Positions 19,086-26,095 of a stretch of DNA of 64,000 nucleotides are shown piece after piece. The position numbers and the translations under genes were made by a program. Every line of letters begins with the position of its first letter. Position 1 is the stretch's first letter. Origin of the DNA: Patescibacteria group bacterium (GTDB taxonomy: Bacteria; Patescibacteriota; UBA1384; XYA2-FULL-43-10; 1-14-0-10-43-13); contig JBAZBD010000001.1 of NCBI GenBank assembly GCA_041671645.1, positions 412,890 to 476,889 on the forward strand, read 5' to 3'. Under the pieces are notes generated by a model, which did not search any database, was not told the origin of the DNA, and saw nothing but the letters and a program-made list of their open reading frames with translations.

Positions 19086-19694
19086 TTGAATATGAAAATA
19101 TTTTTAACATCACATGCGGGGAGAGTGATTGATCGAATCATCCCCAAATTGCCCAAAAAACCAGAGGAACTGAAGGCACTTTTCATTACGACCGCTGGCA
19201 ATCCTTACACTGACATACATTGGATTGATGAGGACAGAGAGAATCTCACAAAAGCAGGGTTTGCGTTGACTGATTATGATTTGGTAGACAAAAACGAGGA
19301 CGAAGTCAGAAATGTTGTCGATGACAGCGATGTAATATTCGTCGAGGGTGGCAATACCTTCTTTCTGTTGAAATACGCGAGAGAAAGCGGCTTTGACAAA
19401 GTGATGAAAGAACAAAAAGACAATGACAAAGTTTTCGTCGGCGTCAGCGCAGGTGCATATATAGCGACTCCGTCAGTAGAGCCAACTGAGTGGAAAAGAG
19501 AGAAGAATCATTACGGCATTACTGATTTGTCGGGCTTCAATCTTGTGCCGTTTGTGGTTTTCGCGCACTATACGGACGAGTATCATGATATGATCGAAAT
19601 GAAGAGAAAAGAACTGACATACGATCTGGTCACGATCAGAGATGACGAAGTCATCGAGGCGACGGAAAATGGTGCAGAGAAGCTGGGATTATAA
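19086..19694 (+). CDS. Peptidase S51 (dipeptidase E/cyanophycinase-like) family protein
   Basis: 202 aa; FVEGGNTF and VGVSAG (Ser nucleophile) blocks typical of S51. Confidence 0.6.
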   Translation: MNMKIFLTSHAGRVIDRIIPKLPKKPEELKALFITTAGNPYTDIHWIDEDRENLTKAGFALTDYDLVDKNEDEVRNVVDDSDVIFVEGGNTFFLLKYARESGFDKVMKEQKDNDKVFVGVSAGAYIATPSVEPTEWKREKNHYGITDLSGFNLVPFVVFAHYTDEYHDMIEMKRKELTYDLVTIRDDEVIEATENGAEKLGL

Positions 19695-19716
19695 ATAATT
19701 AGAGTAAGATTCGATT

Positions 19717-20457
19717 ATGGAAAAAGAGCAAAAGTATCAAGATTTATTAAAAGAAGCCAAAGCCGATTCAAGCATTGTTGGTTTTATCTTGGCTGCGGGT
19801 CGAGGGAAGGGTGTTTTCACTGAAAAATCCGATTATGATGTTTTTATCATTATTCGTGACGAAGTTGCCGATGAGTACATACATAAGTTTGATCAGATTA
19901 AGGATCCAAATACTCTAGACATCAATGCCATGTCTCTATCGAGTTTTGAAAAATATGCCGAGTTGGGAACGCCCTCTGAGTGGGATAGATACAATTTTTC
20001 ACATCTCAAAGCAGAAGTTGATAAACTTGACGGCGGAATTAAAAAGCTGATTGACAGGAAAGGTTCTCTTTCGGACACAGAAATACGGGGTATCGTCAGT
20101 GCTAATTTGGACGGGTATATCAATAGCTACTATAGATCAATCAAAAATGATCGTGACGGCGATACTCTGTCTTCAAGGCTGGACGCCTCGGAGTCGGTGC
20201 CTTTGCTTTTGACCGCTCTGTTCGCATTGCACGGAAGGATAAAGCCGTATAATAAATTTCTCAAATCGGAGCTGGAAAATTTTCCGCTGGAAAAACTTCC
20301 TTGGGACAGTGGCGAGTTTATGGCGCTCGTTTTGCAAATAATTTCGACGGGAAACGTCGAGGTTCAAAAACAAGTATTTCAAAAAATCTCTGAGCTGTTT
20401 CGATCCAATGGTTACGATGGTGTAATCACTGGCTGGGACGGGTATTGGTTGGGATAA
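19717..20457 (+). CDS. Pol-beta-superfamily nucleotidyltransferase (ANT/Lnu-like fold)
   Basis: GFILAAGRGKG...SDYDVFIII (G[SG]-x9-13-DxD NTase signature); 246 aa. Confidence 0.5.
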   Translation: MEKEQKYQDLLKEAKADSSIVGFILAAGRGKGVFTEKSDYDVFIIIRDEVADEYIHKFDQIKDPNTLDINAMSLSSFEKYAELGTPSEWDRYNFSHLKAEVDKLDGGIKKLIDRKGSLSDTEIRGIVSANLDGYINSYYRSIKNDRDGDTLSSRLDASESVPLLLTALFALHGRIKPYNKFLKSELENFPLEKLPWDSGEFMALVLQIISTGNVEVQKQVFQKISELFRSNGYDGVITGWDGYWLG

Positions 20458-20467
20458 GGATTTTACT

Positions 20468-21298
20468 ATGAAACAGAAAATTTTGGTTACAGGGGCTAGC
20501 GGGTATGTCGGGGCGCGAATTTACTCTGACTTAAAGAGCGATTTTGATGTTGTCGGCGTTTACAATAGGACGAAACTATTTCCAGAATTAGAACAGCTTG
20601 ATATCACCGATCTATCGGCAACATTAGCAAAAGTTGAGCAGATCAAGCCTGATTGGATTGTGCATATCGCTGCCGATCCAAATCATACATCTTGCGAAGC
20701 TGACCCCGAAAAGGCGATCAAGCTCAACGAAGGTGGCACCAATAATATCGCCGAAGCCGCCAACAAAACTGGCGCCAAGGTAGTCTACATTTCCTCTGTT
20801 GCCGCGATGACAGGCGTCGATCTATATGGCAAGACCAAGCGTCATGGCGAGAAGTTTATCGAAGACGTGAAGGCTGGCTGGGCAATATTGCGTCCGTCTC
20901 TGATTGTCGGATTTAGCCCCAACACCACCAACGATCGGCCTTTCAATCGATTCCTCAAAGCGCTTGCGGGAGAAGCTCCGGCTGTTTATGATAATTCCTG
21001 GAAATTCCAGCCAAGCTATCTCGGACATATTTCCGAAGTGATCGCACAGATTATCAAGCGAAATATTACTGGCGAAATAATTCCGATCACTATACCGCAC
21101 CTGACTACTCGCTATGATCTGGCCAAAGATATCCTGATCCCCTTTGGCGTCGAAGTCTCGTCCAAAGACGCAGGGGATACCACGCCAGTCGTGGAGTTTG
21201 ACCAAGCAGAGCTCAAAAAGCTCGGCTTGCCAGTCTATACTTATGATGAAATGATTAGTAGAATAGTTATAGAAACAAAGAAGGGTTTGGAGATCTAG
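20468..21298 (+). CDS. NAD(P)-dependent epimerase/dehydratase (SDR Rossmann)
   Basis: ILVTGASGYVGARI glycine-rich NAD-binding motif; 276 aa. Confidence 0.65.
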   Translation: MKQKILVTGASGYVGARIYSDLKSDFDVVGVYNRTKLFPELEQLDITDLSATLAKVEQIKPDWIVHIAADPNHTSCEADPEKAIKLNEGGTNNIAEAANKTGAKVVYISSVAAMTGVDLYGKTKRHGEKFIEDVKAGWAILRPSLIVGFSPNTTNDRPFNRFLKALAGEAPAVYDNSWKFQPSYLGHISEVIAQIIKRNITGEIIPITIPHLTTRYDLAKDILIPFGVEVSSKDAGDTTPVVEFDQAELKKLGLPVYTYDEMISRIVIETKKGLEI

Positions 21299-21300
21299 GC

Positions 21301-22464
21301 TTGATCGGCATCGGAAGGGGATCCTCGCGCAACTATTTATTATTCAAGAAAGACTTTGCAATGGCGTGGACTGAAATAAAATATAGCAAAAATTTAGTAA
21401 ATCGAGCAGGAGATACTCTCATTAGCCAAGGATCTTCAACAGATGAGATTAACGAGGCGCTAATGGTTCTTGACAACTGGCGCTCTGCCCATAGCTTTCC
21501 CTTGCATATTTTTAAAAAGAGATTAAAGGTTGTTTCTAGCGCGGTTGATGACACCTCTTTAGTCGTTCAAAGGCTTAAGCGCAGCCCAGCCATCCTCAGA
21601 AAATTGCAGAGAAGATATGGAGAGCTATCTCCGACAATGAAACTATCCCAAATGCAGGATATCGGAGGATGCAGGGCCGTACTAGCGAATGTAAAACTGG
21701 TTAATAAGATTTGTAGCGAATACTATCATACTGATAAAGCAAATCGTGGCGAGCATTGTGATTTAAAGCACCAATTCAAAAATAAAAAGGATTATATCAA
21801 CAATCCTAAGGATGACGGCTACAGGGGTGTTCATCTGATTTATAAATATATAAGTGATAAGTCCAATAAATATAATGGGTTGCTTATTGAAATTCAGGTT
21901 AGGTCTAAGCTCCAGCATCTCTGGGCAACTGCAGTAGAGACAGTCGGCCATTTTACAAAGCAGGCGCTAAAGTCAAATGAGGGAGAAGAGGACTGGATTA
22001 CCTTCTTTAAACTTGTAAGTTCAGTGTTCGCTCAGAAGGAGAAAACACCCCCTGTTCCAGATACACCCATTGATGGCTCTGAATTGTTTCGACAGGTTGA
22101 GAAATTATCGAACAAACTTCAGGTTGTAGAGAAAATAAAAAGCTGGGCTGAATCGTTAAGGCAAATGGAGCAGATTGAGCAGAACGAGCCGCACAAACCA
22201 CATTTTTATCTTCTGGAATTGGATATCGATACCAGGAGATTAGCAATACGGGCGTTTGATAAGAAAGATGAGGAGACGGCAAATCAAATGTATTCTGCGG
22301 CAGAAAAAAGGGCTAGCGAAGCGAAGGCAAACAGAGATATTGTGCTAGTTGAAGCTGATACAACAAAAGAACTCCAAAGGGCCTATCCAAATTATTTTTT
22401 GGATACAAAAGAATTTATTCAAGAACTTGAGAATTATTTAAATAATGCCGAAGGTATTAAATAA
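21301..22464 (+). CDS. RelA/SpoT-domain nucleotide pyrophosphokinase (standalone synthetase domain with ~85-aa N-terminal and ~170-aa C-terminal extensions)
   Basis: Synthetase motifs in order: RLKRSPAILRKLQRR (Syn1), DIGGCRAV (Syn2 Mg-binding Asp), GYRGVHLIY (Syn3), EIQVRSKLQHLWA (Syn4 catalytic Glu). An alternative start is MAWTEIKY at 21361. Confidence 0.7.
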   Translation: MIGIGRGSSRNYLLFKKDFAMAWTEIKYSKNLVNRAGDTLISQGSSTDEINEALMVLDNWRSAHSFPLHIFKKRLKVVSSAVDDTSLVVQRLKRSPAILRKLQRRYGELSPTMKLSQMQDIGGCRAVLANVKLVNKICSEYYHTDKANRGEHCDLKHQFKNKKDYINNPKDDGYRGVHLIYKYISDKSNKYNGLLIEIQVRSKLQHLWATAVETVGHFTKQALKSNEGEEDWITFFKLVSSVFAQKEKTPPVPDTPIDGSELFRQVEKLSNKLQVVEKIKSWAESLRQMEQIEQNEPHKPHFYLLELDIDTRRLAIRAFDKKDEETANQMYSAAEKRASEAKANRDIVLVEADTTKELQRAYPNYFLDTKEFIQELENYLNNAEGIK

Positions 22465-22503
22465 GGATATACAGCTTTTTGGGAATATATAGGGAGGAGT
22501 AAT

Positions 22504-22812
22504 ATGCAACTAAATTATTTGATCGCTGGACTCGTAATTGGCCTATTGGTAGGGTGGTTCTTTCGGAAGCCCAAAGGGAAAGCTCGGGAGAACGTTAGAT
22601 TGTCGGAAGCGGAGAGGGAGAAGGCGGGGAATATTGAGAAAATTAATTCCTACATCTCTAGCCACTCCAGCGTTACCAACGCAGAAATTGCCAAGCTTCT
22701 CGGCGTTTCGGACGCGACTGTGGTCCGTTATATGGACGAACTAGAGGCGAGTGGAGCGGTCAGACAGATCGGCAAGACCGGCATCGATGCTCATTACGAA
22801 AAAGTAAATTAA
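22504..22812 (+). CDS. Membrane-anchored winged-helix DNA-binding protein
   Basis: 102 aa; N-terminal TM (LIAGLVIGLLVGWFF); C-terminal HTH TNAEIAKLLGVSDATVVRYMDELEASGAV. Confidence 0.5.
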   Translation: MQLNYLIAGLVIGLLVGWFFRKPKGKARENVRLSEAEREKAGNIEKINSYISSHSSVTNAEIAKLLGVSDATVVRYMDELEASGAVRQIGKTGIDAHYEKVN

Positions 22813-22835
22813 CATCTCTAGCACTGCATAAATCG

Positions 22836-22880
22836 AACACCTCACATATGTGAGGTGTTTGTGTCTCTTCTGATTTTTTC
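22836..22880 (+). terminator. Perfect 24-bp palindrome AACACCTCACATATGTGAGGTGTT plus T-rich tail
   Basis: Hairpin followed by TGTGTCTCTTCTGATTTTTT; the same palindrome recurs at 46285. Confidence 0.55.
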
Positions 22881-22936
22881 CAATCCTCTACGTTCTTCTC
22901 CAATCTTTTCATATTAAACTTCCGTTCTATGATCTA

Positions 22937-23047
22937 GGTAGCGGATTAGACGCTATAGCGCACAAACCGCCACCGTAACAATATTCAGTTGTAAAGTTAT
23001 TTTAAGCTTACAAAATAAAATTCCCGCCTCGGAAATCGGGGCGGGAG
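22937..23047. repeat. Copy 1 of a ~110-bp repeat unit: nested-palindrome element + 50-nt tail + hairpin
   Basis: GGTAGCGGATTAGA-CGCTATAGCG-CACAAACCGCCACC (outer inverted repeat enclosing the 10-bp perfect palindrome CGCTATAGCG), tail, then CCCGCC-N11-GGCGGG. It is 107/109 identical to 24335-24443. Confidence 0.7.
23011..23047 (-). terminator. Intrinsic terminator of the 23064-23609 gene (inside repeat copy 1)
   Basis: Minus strand: CTCCCGCC-ccgatttccga-GGCGGGAATTTTATTTTG. Confidence 0.5.
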
Positions 23048-23063
23048 TGAACTAATTTTGCCG

Positions 23064-23609
23064 CTATTCGGCTTCAGGCGGGGCTTCAAGGAGGGCAAAA
23101 ACTTGAGCAATGGCGTCGGCGTATTTGTCGTCTTTGTATTCGGCGCGTCTACGTACCTGGTAATATGTATCCGTTGATAGCCAGCCTGCTATGGAGGCAG
23201 CGAATGCGGATGCCGTAGTTTCGTTTAGGCCGGACAGTACTTCGAGCATCTCGTCGAGATTATCATCCATGACGCGACCGGCGATAATCGCTGAACAGTC
23301 TATGTTTACCAATGGGTAAATTAAACTGCCGATCTGTATAGTACTTGTAGCACTGTAAACAATGCTTGGGATGACCAGGGCTATCCCAGAAAGCAGTATT
23401 TTGCCATTTGGCAGATCATTTGCGAAAAGGTTAAAGTCCCGTAATAACGCGGGAATGAACGCGTTATTCTCATCGTTCGCAAGGGTGTCGATCCACTTCT
23501 TCGCCTCTTCAAGTGTTTGGCATGCGGGGCCTGAAATTAATAATTCCAGATCATCGATTCTCTTCATCTCACGATCCTTTTTGCTTGGCACCAGTATGGT
23601 AAGCACCAA
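23064..23609 (-). CDS. Hypothetical protein
   Basis: 181-aa ORF followed by a terminator; no motif recognised. Confidence 0.4.
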   Translation of the reverse strand: MVLTILVPSKKDREMKRIDDLELLISGPACQTLEEAKKWIDTLANDENNAFIPALLRDFNLFANDLPNGKILLSGIALVIPSIVYSATSTIQIGSLIYPLVNIDCSAIIAGRVMDDNLDEMLEVLSGLNETTASAFAASIAGWLSTDTYYQVRRRAEYKDDKYADAIAQVFALLEAPPEAE

Positions 23610-23705
23610 TGCAGAACTTATACCACAAATGGGCTGGATTAGATAGAGTGATAGTTCTCTTGCTACTTCTTCAATTAAGAAAACTGAACTCTCATTCGCA
23701 TCGCA

Positions 23706-23742
23706 GGTGGCGGATTAGACGCTATAGCGCACAAACCGCCAC
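23706..23742. promoter_or_regulatory. Copy 2 of the nested-palindrome element (core only), 18 nt upstream of the PaaX-like gene
   Basis: GGTGGCGGATTAGACGCTATAGCGCACAAACCGCCAC lies in the divergent intergenic region between the 23609 (-) and 23761 (+) starts. Confidence 0.5.
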
Positions 23743-23760
23743 TTATAGTAAAATAATCAT

Positions 23761-24288
23761 ATGAAGTTATCCAAGAATGTCAAAGCAATTTTGAGTACTA
23801 TTGGCTTGGGGCTGGCGCTTACAGTCGCGTCCACCTCGCCATATTTTTTGGTCAATTTAGTCAAATCAAAGAACAAATACGAGAAATATCGCTACAAGAA
23901 AATCATCAAAAAATTGTTTGACGACAAGATCATTTATCTTTCGGGGGAGGAAATAAAGTTGTCCGAAAATGGTCTCGAACTGCTGAGGCTTGCGCAGGTC
24001 GAGGATATCACTATCGCCAAGGGCAAAGGCGAATGGGATGGTTTTTGGCACCTGGTCTGCTATGACGTGCCGGAATCATACAAGCAGAGGAGGGATTGTT
24101 TCCGCCGAAAACTTATTGAATCAGGATTTTACCAAGTTCAGTACAGTCTGTGGGTAATTCCGTGGCCATGCAAAGAGGAGATTGCGATTATTGCGCAAAG
24201 TCTCGACATTGCGCCCTTTGTTGCCTATCTCAATACCGATTATCTGCCCCAACAACAAAAGCTCCTGAACCATTTCGATCTCGCATAA
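23761..24288 (+). CDS. PaaX-like domain protein (putative transcriptional regulator) with an N-terminal hydrophobic anchor
   Basis: WDGFWHLVCYDVPESYKQRRDCFRRKLIESGFYQVQYSLWVIPWP matches the PaaX middle-domain signature (W-x-G-x-WHLV-x-Y..P...R...R..L...GF......W). It has a preceding wHTH-like region (LSENGLELLRLAQ) and an N-terminal TM/signal. Confidence 0.5.
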   Translation: MKLSKNVKAILSTIGLGLALTVASTSPYFLVNLVKSKNKYEKYRYKKIIKKLFDDKIIYLSGEEIKLSENGLELLRLAQVEDITIAKGKGEWDGFWHLVCYDVPESYKQRRDCFRRKLIESGFYQVQYSLWVIPWPCKEEIAIIAQSLDIAPFVAYLNTDYLPQQQKLLNHFDLA

Positions 24289-24334
24289 CCAACAAAGATC
24301 TCTTTGAAAAATCAGGTTGAATCATTTTCGGTGG

Positions 24335-24443
24335 TGGCGGATTAGACGCTATAGCGTACAAACCGCCACCGTAACAATATTCAGTTGTAAAGTTATTTTA
24401 AGCTTACAAAATAAAATTCCCGCCTCGGAAATCGGGGCGGGAG
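24335..24443. repeat. Copy 3 of the ~110-bp repeat unit (nested palindrome + tail + hairpin)
   Basis: Near-identical to copy 1 (two substitutions); the direct repeats flank a 1.4 kb segment. Confidence 0.7.
24407..24443 (-). terminator. Intrinsic terminator of the 24447-24752 gene (inside repeat copy 3)
   Basis: Same hairpin + U-run as at 23011-23047. Confidence 0.5.
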
Positions 24444-24446
24444 GGA

Positions 24447-24752
24447 TTAGCTTTCGGCTATTAGGACGAGCGCTTGCTCGAGCGCTTGCTTGTGCGTGTC
24501 TTCGATTGCCTTAATGGCAGTTTCAAGGCTGGGAAAATAATTTTCATTCCCATTCTTGACGGGGAGTTGCATATCTGTGAATGCTTCGTATCGATACGAT
24601 TTGCCTGCTATGTCCGCAGGGGTGGGAATCGATTCGTACTCGCGCCGGTGCACATTACCTACGAAGTGCCCCTGACACAATTCATCCTTGTGGTGGTATA
24701 CGCGCCACCAAGTTTCACTACCAGGAAATCCTGGGCTGTTGCTATATCTCAT
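24447..24752 (-). CDS. Hypothetical protein
   Basis: Start chosen at MRYSNSPGFP, which has a strong upstream AAAGGGGGT RBS-like sequence; 101 aa. Confidence 0.4.
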   Translation of the reverse strand: MRYSNSPGFPGSETWWRVYHHKDELCQGHFVGNVHRREYESIPTPADIAGKSYRYEAFTDMQLPVKNGNENYFPSLETAIKAIEDTHKQALEQALVLIAES

Positions 24753-25049
24753 AAATACCCCCTTTGAATATTTTGATCTGAGCAATGATATCATAGCTAT
24801 AACACGTACAGCCCAAAGTAGCAAGGGTGAAGGTTGCATCATTATGATTTTTTGGTGATTGGCTGATGAACAATAATATTGCGGATATTGTCTTCGTCTT
24901 CTTAATCAGCTATTATTCACTCGATTGGTAATATATTCCTGTCCTGCCCTTGGGGTACAACAAAAGGAATCCGATCTCAAATCAAGGGCCCCAACTATCC
25001 ACTGCAGGTCGAAATGGGTAGTCTATCAACCTAATATCTTTGGAGACTT

Positions 25050-25250
25050 ATGGACAACAAAGAATTCAACAAAGCCCTAGATGAGGCTACGAAGAAGAAG
25101 ATGCTTGAGGATCCAGAAATCTGGTGGAAGCCACGAAGATCGCATTGGGATGAATGGGGTTCGCCTGTCGGGCTGACGCTCGCCTGGGCGCCAGGACTCG
25201 TATGCGTCGGAGTATTCCTCTGGTTTCTCCATCTCGCTGAGCTGATCTAA
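25050..25250 (+). CDS. Small protein with a C-terminal TM helix
   Basis: 66 aa; followed by a terminator. Confidence 0.35.
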   Translation: MDNKEFNKALDEATKKKMLEDPEIWWKPRRSHWDEWGSPVGLTLAWAPGLVCVGVFLWFLHLAELI

Positions 25251-25260
25251 TAATAAAATT

Positions 25261-25292
25261 CCCTCCGTCTAATCGGGGGGATTTTATTTTGG
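25261..25292 (+). terminator. Intrinsic terminator
   Basis: CCCTCCG-tctaat-CGGGGGG followed by ATTTTATTTTGGG. Confidence 0.5.
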
Positions 25293-25369
25293 GTAGAATT
25301 GCAGGCAGTTTTCCTATCACTCTTTTCGGAGTAAGATTAGAATATGAAAAAAGTATTGAGAAAGAGATT

Positions 25370-25834
25370 ATGAGGATCTTATTTGTGTGCACTGATAATA
25401 TTGGGCGGAGCGTGACGGCTGAGTATTGCCTCAAAGATTATCTGGCCAAACATAATATTGATGGCGTTGATGTGGCTTCTGCCGGGACTCATGCGGATAG
25501 CGACATGACCGGATTTTCGATGGCGCATTTTCCGAAACTTATGAAGCTAGGTATTGATGCTTCTGGGCATAAGAGGCGACAACTGAGTCAAGAATTAGTG
25601 GATTGCGCCGACAAAATTGTGGTTTTTGACAATTCACACCAAGGGTGGATTAGGCAAAAATTCGGCCTGAATGTGCCTCTCTATAACGAGATATATATAA
25701 ATGAATCAACTGAGATCAGGGTATCGGGACCAGAGTTGAAGGGCACCTCTGACGATCGGATGATCCAGCTCGTAGACTATATTTATAGTTCAACCCCAAC
25801 TTTTTGGGAAAATTTGAAATTGCTCTCTAAATAA
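25370..25834 (+). CDS. Low-molecular-weight phosphotyrosine phosphatase / ArsC (LMW-PTP family arsenate reductase)-like
   Basis: P-loop ILFVCTDNIGRS (C-x5-R-S); start set at MRILFV; ~154 aa. Confidence 0.7.
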   Translation: MRILFVCTDNIGRSVTAEYCLKDYLAKHNIDGVDVASAGTHADSDMTGFSMAHFPKLMKLGIDASGHKRRQLSQELVDCADKIVVFDNSHQGWIRQKFGLNVPLYNEIYINESTEIRVSGPELKGTSDDRMIQLVDYIYSSTPTFWENLKLLSK

Positions 25835-25855
25835 AATTCCCGTCTCGCTTCATAA

Positions 25856-25892
25856 GTGGCGGATTAGACGCTATAGCGGGATAACCGCCACT
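25856..25892. repeat. Copy 4 of the nested-palindrome element (with a degenerate tail up to ~26010)
   Basis: AGTGGCGGATTAGACGCTATAGCGGGATAACCGCCACT; the downstream AAAAATCCCGCTCCGAAATCGAGGAG resembles the repeat-unit hairpin. Confidence 0.5.
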
Positions 25893-26095
25893 TTTAGGCA
25901 TATTAATCTTTGAGCTGAAAGCCGGGAAGTTATCCAACTTATTTAAGCCATCTAAGTTATTCAAGTTAATGAAACAAAAATCCCGCTCCGAAATCGAGGA
26001 GTAAAGTACTAGTTTTGACCTCATATTTTGGTCGAGCGCCGATGCGGCGACCATTTGAAAGCTATTATTGATGCCACGGATAGGGGAATCTTGGC

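Noticed and set aside
19717-20457. Calling the Pol-beta NTase an antibiotic (aminoglycoside/lincosamide) resistance gene.
   Set aside because: Only the generic G[SG]...DxD nucleotidyltransferase signature is visible. Substrate cannot be inferred from sequence here, and its position inside the nucleotide-enzyme operon argues against a simple resistance cassette.
24317-24514. A 65-aa + strand ORF overlapping repeat copy 3, and an ORF at 24474-24767 antisense to the 24447-24752 gene.
   Set aside because: They overlap a repeat or terminator, or are antisense to a gene with a good RBS and terminator. No supporting features.
22929-25895. A possible CRISPR array, since a ~37-bp element recurs four times.
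   Set aside because: The spacing is irregular (~770, ~630 and ~1520 bp) and the copies are separated by whole protein-coding genes. The element is itself a nested palindrome with variable 3' tails. No cas genes are present. The PaaX-like protein superficially resembles Cas2 in one block but matches the PaaX middle-domain signature much better.
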